DNA of 64,000 nucleotides from Candidatus Cloacimonadales bacterium (GTDB lineage Bacteria > Cloacimonadota > Cloacimonadia > Cloacimonadales > DAONDQ01). Position numbers and translations under genes: made by a program. The stretch covers positions 1,728,001-1,792,000 of the forward strand of contig OY759316.1 in the NCBI GenBank assembly GCA_963662275.1, given 5' to 3'. Numbering within the stretch: position 1 is the first letter of the stretch; each line of letters starts with the position of its first letter. Positions 10,515 to 22,401 of the stretch are shown here, in pieces. The notes beneath the pieces are model-generated. The model was not told the origin of the DNA and made no database searches. It saw nothing but the letters and a program-made list of their open reading frames with translations.

Positions 10515-11492
10515 TTAGATCTTATGGTAATAGTAAAGTTGTAATACAGCCATGCGCAAATTGCTGTTGTGATCATATTCCACTAGAGATCGAGCTGTCA
10601 GATCCTTAAATATCTGGTATGAAATACCACCTGCAAGCTTATAATTATGTGTATCATTCATCTGCATGATAACAGGCTGAAACTCAATTTTAAGTCGATT
10701 CTCTTCGAAAATATTCCAAGTGAAACGTGACAAGAGAGCATAATGTATTTGAATATCGTCTTTTTTTCCCATTAGAAAATCAAATTTAGCTTCCAGTCGA
10801 TTCATGGCAAGGGATGCATCAGCCCCTGCAAACTTCATAGGGTGCAGGTTGGAATCCAGCAAGTGATAACCTACAGTGTTCAGCACTTCACCATTGCTGT
10901 AGGAAGCTCCGAAAGTATAATTATCACGATTAAGAACTCCATATGCCACACGACCTGAATAGTAATGGTTTCCATACCAGTCCATGGGCAAACCTGAACC
11001 GGAAGTCGCAGAAAAAGCTGCATCACCCCAGGCAAACTCATGAGAAATACCACCACCCCAATCTCTATCAAACTCGAATCCATGCATTGTAAAATTATGC
11101 AGCAATTCTGCATGGTAATCAAGGTAGGAGCTCAATCCTTGTGCTGGTCTGTCATGACCTATCCAAAGATCGACTTCGGGAAGCTTGAATTTTAAAAATG
11201 CATTGTATAATTGGGGTTCAAGAACAGGTTTGGTTGTTTGATTATAGGCTAATCTTGCCTGGATAGCCAAGGTAGCGATATCTCTTGTTGTCGTAGATAT
11301 CTTCTGAACATAGTCAAACCCAAGCGATGGTTTCTGCATAGCATCTTCCTGGGTATTTGAATACCAGATAGGTGTATCTGATTGATTTGAATAACCTGTT
11401 ACATCTTGTGCTTCTACATAAAACAATGCGGATTGTGCCCAAAGAGGAGCTGAGCATAGAAGCAGCAATGCTCCTATGCAAAGCTTATTCAT
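10515..11492 (-). CDS. Putative outer-membrane beta-barrel protein
   Basis: Signal peptide, amphipathic beta pattern, aromatic C-terminus (LQLYYYHKI). Confidence 0.55.
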   Translation of the reverse strand: MNKLCIGALLLLCSAPLWAQSALFYVEAQDVTGYSNQSDTPIWYSNTQEDAMQKPSLGFDYVQKISTTTRDIATLAIQARLAYNQTTKPVLEPQLYNAFLKFKLPEVDLWIGHDRPAQGLSSYLDYHAELLHNFTMHGFEFDRDWGGGISHEFAWGDAAFSATSGSGLPMDWYGNHYYSGRVAYGVLNRDNYTFGASYSNGEVLNTVGYHLLDSNLHPMKFAGADASLAMNRLEAKFDFLMGKKDDIQIHYALLSRFTWNIFEENRLKIEFQPVIMQMNDTHNYKLAGGISYQIFKDLTARSLVEYDHNSNLRMAVLQLYYYHKI

Positions 11493-11527
11493 ATTTCTTT
11501 TCTGAAGCTGACACCTGTCACCTCTGC

Positions 11528-12019
11528 TTATATCTTCAATTTGAAGGAACCCTTTGAAATTGTCTTTTTATCCAACATGAATTGCAGTTCGACTTGCCAT
11601 TCTCCAGGCATAACAAAGTTCAAAGGAAGAAGATAGCTGCCCTTCTTATTGAGTTGCATTGGTACATTATTCTGAGCATGCATCCCTTTCATGGAAGGCA
11701 TATCGTAACTAACAAGAACTTGATAACTTGTATCAGGCTTCTTATCATTAGAAGATATATTGATTTTCAGCGTATTTGCACCCATTTTTACTTTGTCTGT
11801 AAATGAATAAGTAAAAAATGTATTTTTATCAATGATGACTTTCTTTCCATAACCAGGTAAAGTGACAATATTTACAATTTCCTTCGATGCAACTTCAGTA
11901 GTCATACCACAGCCACCGGCTTTTACATTGGGACATGAAGAGCAATCTTCTACAGCAAATATCTGCGCTGTAAATACAAAGACTAAACTTAGGGCAAGTA
12001 TCCATTTTACTGACTTCAT
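11528..12019 (-). CDS. Exported YtkA/FixH-like protein
   Basis: Signal peptide; CSSCP..GGCG; YDMPSMKGMH; FVMPGEWQV. Confidence 0.7.
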   Translation of the reverse strand: MKSVKWILALSLVFVFTAQIFAVEDCSSCPNVKAGGCGMTTEVASKEIVNIVTLPGYGKKVIIDKNTFFTYSFTDKVKMGANTLKINISSNDKKPDTSYQVLVSYDMPSMKGMHAQNNVPMQLNKKGSYLLPLNFVMPGEWQVELQFMLDKKTISKGSFKLKI

Positions 12020-12077
12020 TTTTTTCTCCTTATTTATGAACTATATTAATTTAACTTCTGAATTGAGCTATTTAATG

Positions 12078-12806
12078 TCAAGCACATCCTTCTTTGGGAT
12101 TACAAGAATCTGGACCGCTAAATATCTTACCATCACGCAGCTCAATGATTCTTCCTGCAATGTCAGCAAGAACAGGATTATGGGTAACGAGAATAATCGT
12201 GATACCCAGTCTTTGGTTTAGATCTGTTAATATCTCACCAATTTCAGTACTACGCTTCGTGTCCAAGTTACCTGTCGGTTCATCTGCCAACAATATATTA
12301 GGTCTATTGATCAGTGCTCTGGCAATGGCAACGCGCTGCATTTCACCACCAGATAATTGACCAGGCAGATGTTTCAGTCGCTTATCAATTCCGAGTTCTT
12401 CCACCAGTTTTCTCATATTATCATCTGTATCAGGTTTCTTGAAGAAGGCAAAAGGAAGCATGATGTTTTCACTAACTGTCAATGTGGGGATGAGATAGAA
12501 TTTTTGGAATATATAGCCATAATTCTCACGGCGAATACGTGTCAGTTCATTCTCAGAGATATTCTTACCGGCTTTGATGATATCCTTGCCATTTATCTGC
12601 AAATCACCTGAAGATGGATTATCCAGACATCCAATCAAATTGATCAGTGTTGTCTTTCCTGAACCTGATGGTCCGATAAAGGATACGAATTCTCCTTTCC
12701 TGATTTCAAGACTGACTCCATCCACAGCACGTATTTCTTCACTTCCCCGATGATACACTTTCGTAAGATCAGTGGCTTTTACAATGATTGGATTTGTGCT
12801 TTCCAT
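12078..12806 (-). CDS. ABC transporter ATP-binding protein (LolD/MacB-like)
   Basis: GPSGSGKT, LSGGEMQRVAIARAL, LADEPTGNLD. Confidence 0.95.
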   Translation of the reverse strand: MESTNPIIVKATDLTKVYHRGSEEIRAVDGVSLEIRKGEFVSFIGPSGSGKTTLINLIGCLDNPSSGDLQINGKDIIKAGKNISENELTRIRRENYGYIFQKFYLIPTLTVSENIMLPFAFFKKPDTDDNMRKLVEELGIDKRLKHLPGQLSGGEMQRVAIARALINRPNILLADEPTGNLDTKRSTEIGEILTDLNQRLGITIILVTHNPVLADIAGRIIELRDGKIFSGPDSCNPKEGCA

Positions 12807-13996
12807 TATTCCCCCTCACTCCTGATCGCCTCAATCGGTCTGATTCTGGCAGCTCTCCAGGCAGGATAAATACCGCTCAGAATACCGATAAGAAGTATGA
12901 TGCCCATCGTTGTGAGTATCAACTGGATGTTTATCTGGACTAAGGAGCCTGTTGGTGAATAGGGGAGAAGGTTGCGTATTAAGACTTCAGTTCCTTTGGA
13001 CAAAAGATAGGCTAGGATACTGCCAACAATACCTCCTAAGAGACATAGAATGACAGTCTCAAACCATATCAGGCGAAAGATATCCCAAGTCATAGCTCCC
13101 ATACTTTTGAGAATTCCAATTTCCTGGAAACGTTCAAATACGGACATAAGTATAGTGTTGATGACTCCTACCATTGCAATCAGAATGGCAATAATGGCAA
13201 TCGAGAACACCATTACTTTGGCAGTGGCAACTAGAGTGGAGATCGTCGATTTCACTTGTGCCATGGAAACTACCTGTACATCGGGAAGTTTGTATAACTG
13301 ATCTTCCAGTTTCGTGATATCAAAGTTCTTATTCACTTTAATACCAACAGCCGTCAGTTTATTTTCTACTCCAAAGATCTTCTGTATTGCTTTGATGGGT
13401 ACAAATATAGTACCATCATCCTGTGTACCTGTACGTTTCAGAATACCAACCACTTTGAGTTCTACATTCTTTTCAGGAATTAAGAGAACGTCACCGACTT
13501 CACGCTGTTCAAGTTCAGCAGCTTCATATCCCATGACAGCTTCATTGGCGTTAGGGTCTGTGAACCAGGCTCCCTTATTGAAGACTAAGAAGGATTTCAT
13601 CTTGGGGTATGTACCAGGATCAACTCCCAAATATGCACTTGTACCGCCGTTTTCTCCTTTATTGGGATCAAAGACAGCCTGCATGACCATTGGTGTGAGT
13701 TTATCTATAGCAGGATTACTGGCAAGTGAGGTGGAAATAGTTTGATCCATATATTTCAAGCCAGTTCCGCCTTTCAACATGAGAGTCGCTGCTTCATAAG
13801 GACAGCCTTTAGCGGTAAGCAGTACCTGGTAACCCATATTATCAATATCTTTATTCAATGACTTCTCATAACCCTGGTTAAATCCGAGTAAGCTGAGAAG
13901 TACCCATGTGGAAAGCGATATACCAATTATAGTCAGAATGCTGCGTGTTCTTTTCCTAAGCAGATTCTTGTATGCCACTTGGTAGATGTTTATCAC
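12806..13996 (-). CDS. ABC transporter permease (FtsX/MacB family)
   Basis: RSILTIIGI, ERFQEIGILKSMGA, YPAWRAARIRPIEAIR. Confidence 0.93.
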   Translation of the reverse strand: MINIYQVAYKNLLRKRTRSILTIIGISLSTWVLLSLLGFNQGYEKSLNKDIDNMGYQVLLTAKGCPYEAATLMLKGGTGLKYMDQTISTSLASNPAIDKLTPMVMQAVFDPNKGENGGTSAYLGVDPGTYPKMKSFLVFNKGAWFTDPNANEAVMGYEAAELEQREVGDVLLIPEKNVELKVVGILKRTGTQDDGTIFVPIKAIQKIFGVENKLTAVGIKVNKNFDITKLEDQLYKLPDVQVVSMAQVKSTISTLVATAKVMVFSIAIIAILIAMVGVINTILMSVFERFQEIGILKSMGAMTWDIFRLIWFETVILCLLGGIVGSILAYLLSKGTEVLIRNLLPYSPTGSLVQINIQLILTTMGIILLIGILSGIYPAWRAARIRPIEAIRSEGE

Positions 13997-14294
13997 AAAG
14001 AACTCCTTTATTTAGGCAATCATTAAAGAATATACATAATCAAAGCTTAACGTCAATAACTCTTTACTAAAGGGTATGCATTTATTCGACCATGCATGAA
14101 AAAAGACATAATGTCAGTTAGTTTCCAGTAATAAATATTAATTATTATGTTATTCTCATATGGAAATGCGTACTAGTGCATCTAGTAGTGAATTAGTAAG
14201 CTGAGATGCTTGTTAATTAGATACTTATTCATTCACATTATTGCTTTGCAAAAGTGAATTATGAGATATTTTATCTAAAAAACACGAGGTAATC

Positions 14295-15137
14295 TTGAAA
14301 GAAAGAAAAATTAAAATTATTTTAACAGCAAAACCAACATTAGAAGGTGCTGGTGTTCATTTACATAGAGCTTTCGGCTTTGCTGAAGCTCCACATTTTG
14401 ATCCATTCCTGATGTTGGATGATTTTCGATCAGACAATCCTGAACATTACATACATGGTTTTCCCTGGCATCCTCATCGGGGAATTGAAACAATCACACA
14501 TCTCCTGAAAGGTACCACAGAGCATGGTGACAGTATTGGTAATAAGGGTATAATAGCAGGTGGTGATGTACAATGGATGACAGCCGGTTCAGGGATCATT
14601 CACCAGGAAATGCCTAAACCTGATCCTGATGGCAAAATGTATGGGTTTCAGCTTTGGACGAATTTACCTGCAACACATAAAATGATGAGCCCAAGATATC
14701 GTGATGTGAAAGCAATTAATGCTCCAATAATTACTTTAGATAACCAGGTGCAAGTCAAAATTATCAGCGGTACTTATCAGAATACATCTGGTCCCGTCAA
14801 AGATATTATCATTGATCCATGCTATTTTGATATTGCCATTCCAGAAAATTCTGACTTCACTTTTGAAACACGCGAAGGTTACACTTGTGTACTCTATAAC
14901 TATGAAGGGGTTGGCATGATACAATCAAATACGATATCGAATCGGCAGGTAGTTTTATTTGAAGATGGAACTCATATTCGTATCATGACAGGTAATCAAC
15001 CCCTCAAATGCATCTTTCTGTCGGGAAAGCCTCTGCACGAACCGATAGCTTGGAGTGGATCCATTGTCATGAATTCAGAAAAAGAACTAAAAAAAGCTTT
15101 TCATGAATATCAGAAGGGCACTTTTATTAAAAAATGA
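14295..15137 (+). CDS. Pirin family protein
   Basis: DPFLMLD, HPHRGIETIT, QWMTAGSGIIHQE. Confidence 0.95.
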   Translation: MKERKIKIILTAKPTLEGAGVHLHRAFGFAEAPHFDPFLMLDDFRSDNPEHYIHGFPWHPHRGIETITHLLKGTTEHGDSIGNKGIIAGGDVQWMTAGSGIIHQEMPKPDPDGKMYGFQLWTNLPATHKMMSPRYRDVKAINAPIITLDNQVQVKIISGTYQNTSGPVKDIIIDPCYFDIAIPENSDFTFETREGYTCVLYNYEGVGMIQSNTISNRQVVLFEDGTHIRIMTGNQPLKCIFLSGKPLHEPIAWSGSIVMNSEKELKKAFHEYQKGTFIKK

Positions 15138-15170
15138 ATTTGATACAATTATAAACCAAAGAAGCCTCAT

Positions 15171-15240
15171 ATAAAATCATGTAGGGATCATCTAGGCATC
15201 ATCTAGGGATCATCTAGGCATCATCTAGACTTTCTTAGTT
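15171..15240 (+). repeat. ~70-bp dispersed element built from 11-bp tandem units (ATCATCTAGGN)
   Basis: Four intact units plus a degenerate one; ungapped inverted copy at 54457-54526. Confidence 0.8.
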
Positions 15241-15522
15241 TATGCTAGTTTTATACTCTCTGAGTTGTGATATCATTTTCAATTGAATATTCAAGAGAGG
15301 TTCCTGAAGTTAAGCAAAGGTAGATGTCACCTGATAGTCAAGCAAATTAGTTTTATCTAAAATCTATCAATATTCAGCAAATCTACAAATTATTATAAAG
15401 ACATTCATTGACAGGAAAGTATTTTATTTATATTTGTAGGTCAATATAATAATCTGAGATTTATCAAATAATTTAATAATCGGAATCTATCCGAAGTTAA
15501 GAATAAAATACGGAGTTAATTT

Positions 15523-15759
15523 ATGAAAATAGGAGTTTGTGGAATAGCCTGCGAAAAATGCCCACGTATGCAGAAGCACATTTGTCCAAATGGTGAAGAG
15601 GGTTGTGTACCTAAAGAAAGTCCGTTTTGTAAAATTAAAACATGTGCTTTCCAAAAGGGAATTAGCCATTGCTTTGATTGTGCTGAATTTCCATGTGAAA
15701 TCACAAAAGAAGGACCCATCAGTTATGGCTATTGTCAGTACATCTCAGGAAAAGAATAG
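15523..15759 (+). CDS. Small Cys-rich protein (DUF3795-like)
   Basis: GVCGIACEKC...CKIKTCA...HCFDCAEFPC; GGAG RBS. Confidence 0.75.
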   Translation: MKIGVCGIACEKCPRMQKHICPNGEEGCVPKESPFCKIKTCAFQKGISHCFDCAEFPCEITKEGPISYGYCQYISGKE

Positions 15760-15933
15760 CTTATAGCTGATAGGGAAAGGTGCAACACTTCTTTTCAGGA
15801 GGTGCGTAGTTCACTTTAAAGTGATGCAGTATTGAAGTAGCATAGAGAGCACAACTATCAGATAACTGGGAAGAACTCGCAGGGAAGATATCGAAGGGAG
15901 ATACAGTTTAGATTTTAATTACTATGAGGTAAC

Positions 15934-16650
15934 ATGAAAACACTATCTTTTCTCTTGATTACACTCTGTTTTATATTTTCATTATATGCAGAAACAAACC
16001 AGTATAATATTGAATATCCGAAAACACCTTCCTCCAAGAAACTGCCTTGTATTATTATTGCCCCGGGAAGTGGTTATCATAAGGATAGACCGATTATCAT
16101 GGATTTGGCGAAACAGGCAAACGAGAATGGATTTGTTTCTCTTCGATTTAATTGGACGCCTAATAAAAAGAATTTACCTGATTCTTTATATATTTTATCT
16201 CAATTTACCGATGTAAATAAGATGATTAATCTGATCAAGAAAATACCTCAAATTGATACAACCCAGATATTTTTAGCAGGGAAATCATTAGGTAGTGTTC
16301 TTGCCTACCAGGCAGCTATTGAACGCTATGATATTAAAGGAATAATACTTCTGACACCTCTTTTTTCATCTGCTGAAAATGCCAAACAATTCTATCCTCA
16401 TTTTGATACGCAACTAACCCCAGTGCTCGTTGTTGTTGGTAGTAATGACCCGGATAATACACAGCTAACTGTTTTGTATGATGCAGCTTCACATACTAAG
16501 GCACTCATTAATATTGCTGTTGTAGGTGGTAACCATAGCCTTATTATTGGAGATTATACAACACTGCCGGGGCAGGGTCAAAACCTAAGAAATATTACTG
16601 TTGCGAACCAGAATGTGATTAACTGGATGTTGGGACTTATTGAACAATAA
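15934..16650 (+). CDS. Exported alpha/beta hydrolase
   Basis: Signal peptide, GKSLG nucleophile elbow, GSND and GNHS. Confidence 0.8.
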   Translation: MKTLSFLLITLCFIFSLYAETNQYNIEYPKTPSSKKLPCIIIAPGSGYHKDRPIIMDLAKQANENGFVSLRFNWTPNKKNLPDSLYILSQFTDVNKMINLIKKIPQIDTTQIFLAGKSLGSVLAYQAAIERYDIKGIILLTPLFSSAENAKQFYPHFDTQLTPVLVVVGSNDPDNTQLTVLYDAASHTKALINIAVVGGNHSLIIGDYTTLPGQGQNLRNITVANQNVINWMLGLIEQ

Positions 16651-16654
16651 TTTT

Positions 16655-18667
16655 CTACTTGATAACCACCATCTTTTTTGTTGTTTGAACAGTTGGTGAT
16701 ACCAGCCTGTAGAAATATATGCCACTGCCAACAGCGCTCCCGTTTTCATCTTTACCATTCCATACGATGAGATGCGATCCTGTTTCGTTTGAAAAGGTTC
16801 TTACTTTTTGTCCAAGTATATTGTAGATTGTCACTGAGGCAGTCTCACCTTTCTTTACCTGTATTCCAATATTGGTTGTTGTATTCTCATGAAAAGGGTT
16901 CGGATAGGCACTTTTAAGTAGTGTTGTATTTTCAGGAAGTTGAATCTGGTCGTCTACTGATACGGTGGTTGTCACCATAATAGAATTGCTAAGGAGGACT
17001 GTACCACTGAAATCAACCAGCATTAACCAATAGTAATATGTAGTAAAAGAATTTACCGAATTATCCACAAAGTTATACGTTTGTTGTTGAGATGTATTAG
17101 TTCCTTGTATCATACTCATGTTAACCTGGGTTGCGTTAGCAGGATTGTCGTCGGTTGAACGAAGGACATTGAAACCAAGATTGTTTGTTTCTGACTCCGT
17201 TGTCCATTGCAGGTTAACATATCCTTGTGCTGTTGTCATCGCTGTGAAGGATGACAGTTCAACTGGTAAATCATTATCAAGATGCACTATGACAGGACCA
17301 TGTAAACATGAAGATCCACTGAAATCAACATTCTCAAGCCAGTAGTAGTATGTGTTGGGGGATGTAACATCATTATCAGTAAAATGATACGTTTGTTGTT
17401 GAGATGTATTAGTTCCAGGTATCATACTCATGTTAACCAGAATTGCGTTTGCAGGATTGTTGTCTATTGAACGTAGGACATTGAAGCCAAGATTGTTTGT
17501 TTCAGACTCCGTTGTCCACTGCAAATTGACAAATCCCTGGGGTGTGGTAACTGCGGTGAAAGACGATAATTCAGTGGGGAGTGTTATAGTTGTTACCGCA
17601 ACACAATTACTAAAAACGCTTGTCCCATCAAGCATTACCATTTCTAACCAGTAATAAAATGTAGAGTTAGGGTTAGCAGAAGTATCCATATAGCTGTAAT
17701 TACAGGTTTGAGATGTATTCGTTCCATTAATAGTACTGGTGTTAATTCGAATTGCAAAGACAAGATTATTTTCATTTGAACGAAATAAATTAAAGCCCAT
17801 GAAATTAGTTTCCGACTCTGTTGTCCATTGTAAGCTAACAGATCCTTGCACTGTAGCAACTGCAGAGAAGGATGATAATTCAACATTTATTCCTGGTATA
17901 GATACAATAACTGGTCCATGGAAATCAATTGTTCCATCCAAATAATTTACTGCTAGCCAGTAATAATATATTGTTCCATGTTCGACTCCCTGGTCGGTAA
18001 AAGTGTATGTTTGAGAAGTTGTCGTGTTTGTTCCTGGAATGATATTTGGATTCACTACGATGGCATTATTCAAATTAAGATCATTTGAACGATATACATA
18101 AAAACCAGCAATACCGGTTTCTGTTTCGGTTGTCCATTGCAGGTTGACAGATCCCTGGGATATAGCAACAGCAGTGAAAGATGATAATTCAACTGGGATA
18201 GTAATTACTTCAGGTGGTATCTCTTGAGCTGGATTAAGAATCTGAATTGCTGCTGTTCCGATAGGGATGATTTGATCCCAGGTTATCGTTTGATTTGGTA
18301 AAAGATCAGTTTTTGTAACCGTAATTCTCAATGTATCACCTGCCATCCATTGTGTCGGAAAAGAACCAAGCTGCAGATAGACCGTAGCATAATAAGGTAT
18401 GGTAGTACCATTCCCGGTTTGAGACAAGCGAATAGACGTCGTTGGAGTGCCATTATCTGTACTTAGTATCTCATTAAATCTACCTAAAATGAATGCTGTT
18501 ACGAGATAATTCGGAGCAGTATATGATGTTTGGTTTGAAGTAACCAGTGTCAGTATATCAACAGTAGGATCAGCAGCCACTACTTTCCGATAATAAGCTC
18601 TGGGTGTAGCGAATAATGATACTACCATAAGAAGCAACAACAAAGAGATCATTGCATATTTCCTCAT
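16655..18667 (-). CDS. Secreted protein with four tandem PVELSSF Ig-like repeats and a C-terminal FlgD-Ig/T9SS-like sorting domain
   Basis: Start re-called at ATG 18667 (GGAGG RBS, signal peptide MRKYAMISLLL); four ELSSF..LQWTTE.E repeats; YPNPF..IYNILGQKV..SGIYFYRL..KKMVVIK. Confidence 0.85.
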   Translation of the reverse strand: MRKYAMISLLLLLMVVSLFATPRAYYRKVVAADPTVDILTLVTSNQTSYTAPNYLVTAFILGRFNEILSTDNGTPTTSIRLSQTGNGTTIPYYATVYLQLGSFPTQWMAGDTLRITVTKTDLLPNQTITWDQIIPIGTAAIQILNPAQEIPPEVITIPVELSSFTAVAISQGSVNLQWTTETETGIAGFYVYRSNDLNLNNAIVVNPNIIPGTNTTTSQTYTFTDQGVEHGTIYYYWLAVNYLDGTIDFHGPVIVSIPGINVELSSFSAVATVQGSVSLQWTTESETNFMGFNLFRSNENNLVFAIRINTSTINGTNTSQTCNYSYMDTSANPNSTFYYWLEMVMLDGTSVFSNCVAVTTITLPTELSSFTAVTTPQGFVNLQWTTESETNNLGFNVLRSIDNNPANAILVNMSMIPGTNTSQQQTYHFTDNDVTSPNTYYYWLENVDFSGSSCLHGPVIVHLDNDLPVELSSFTAMTTAQGYVNLQWTTESETNNLGFNVLRSTDDNPANATQVNMSMIQGTNTSQQQTYNFVDNSVNSFTTYYYWLMLVDFSGTVLLSNSIMVTTTVSVDDQIQLPENTTLLKSAYPNPFHENTTTNIGIQVKKGETASVTIYNILGQKVRTFSNETGSHLIVWNGKDENGSAVGSGIYFYRLVSPTVQTTKKMVVIK

Positions 18668-18855
18668 CTTCAACCTCCAGCATATATAGTTTAGAATGGA
18701 TATCATATTAAGATAATGTTTAACAATAATGTAAATTAGAACAGGTAACTGAAGTAGGTCAAGAAATATGTGATAAACTAAGCTTTTATTTCCTTGACAT
18801 GCCAGGCTCATAAGAACACCAGTACTTTATCTGGAGAACGAATTTAATTGTATAA

Positions 18856-21229
<2,374 letters not shown>

Positions 21230-21310
21230 ACGAATAAAAATAATTGACGGTAGACCAGATAGCATTACATTTTGATTCAAAGTAACAGATTTATCGACAA
21301 TGGAGGAAAT

Positions 21311-22357
21311 ATGAAACACTTATCAATAGGATTGTTAGCCATCATAATAATGCTTTCAATTGGATTCCTGGAAGCAAAAAAAACTAAAGAAGTTGCTACC
21401 CCGGCGCCACCACCAGAAGTAGTAGAACAGAAACCTGTATTACAGCAGGCACAGGAAAAAGCGATTGAAGCTGAGAAACTGGTCACTGATAAGAGTTATT
21501 CAAATGCCGCTGAAGCCTTTGAAACTGCTCTTGGTCTTTTTCAGCAAGCCGAGAAGGAACCTACTGAAAATGATTCCACGAAACAGTCAATTCGCCAGTC
21601 TATCGATAAAATGTATAAGAATTTAAGTATCGTTGAAGAACAAGCAGGTGATTATCCCAAAGCCATTCAGTACATTGATAAACGTTTGGAAACTGATTCT
21701 CTGAACACAGCGCTCATCGGACGAAAATACTTGATCATGAAAGTAAACCTAATGGATGAAGCTGGTGGGATCAAGGTTCTTGAAAAATTTACTTCAAAAC
21801 ATGATAATTATGATTTTGATTTGAATATCGCAGATTTTTATGTAGCTACAGGTAATATCCCAACGGCTATAACTTGGTATCAGAAAGCTGATACGGTTAA
21901 GAAGAATCCGATGGTAACATATAACCTGGGTAAGTATAACCGGGATTTAAAGAACTATGCTGCATCCAACAAGTATTTTGAAGAATACCTGACCACAAAT
22001 CCAAAACCTGAGGAATTAAATCCTATTTATAAGATACTTGGCTCAAATTACAAGTTTTTAGGAAACAATGCAAAAGCCATTGTCTATTTTGAGAAATCGA
22101 TAGCTCTAGAAGCTGATCCTAAGATCGCATTAGCACTCTTGGATTTATATAACAAAGCTAAAAATGATAAGATGATCATCAAATACGCAAACCTGGTTTT
22201 ACAGTCAGATCCGACGAATATGGGTGTTACTTTTCTCAGGGGAATCAGCAAATATAATCTCAAAGATACTGTGGGTGCAAAAGCTGATTTCCAGAAAGTC
22301 TTAAATGATCCAACTTATGGGAAAAATGCGAAACAATATTTAGATAGTATGAAATAG
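21311..22357 (+). CDS. Exported tetratricopeptide repeat protein
   Basis: GGAGG RBS, signal peptide, repeated TPR-like helices. Confidence 0.75.
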   Translation: MKHLSIGLLAIIIMLSIGFLEAKKTKEVATPAPPPEVVEQKPVLQQAQEKAIEAEKLVTDKSYSNAAEAFETALGLFQQAEKEPTENDSTKQSIRQSIDKMYKNLSIVEEQAGDYPKAIQYIDKRLETDSLNTALIGRKYLIMKVNLMDEAGGIKVLEKFTSKHDNYDFDLNIADFYVATGNIPTAITWYQKADTVKKNPMVTYNLGKYNRDLKNYAASNKYFEEYLTTNPKPEELNPIYKILGSNYKFLGNNAKAIVYFEKSIALEADPKIALALLDLYNKAKNDKMIIKYANLVLQSDPTNMGVTFLRGISKYNLKDTVGAKADFQKVLNDPTYGKNAKQYLDSMK

Positions 22358-22375
22358 ACATATTTAATTACTTTT

Positions 22376-22400
22376 GGCGCTGTATTTGCAGCGCCTTTTT
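22376..22400 (+). terminator. Intrinsic terminator (intron target site 1)
   Basis: GGCGCTG-tatttg-CAGCGCC followed by TTTTT. Confidence 0.85.
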
Positions 22401-22401
22401 A

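Noticed and set aside
16980..17580. DGR template/variable repeat pair
   Set aside because: Both repeats are in-frame coding domains and their differences are not restricted to adenines
18668..18811. N-terminal extension of the PVELSSF protein
   Set aside because: The RBS and signal peptide indicate a start at 18667
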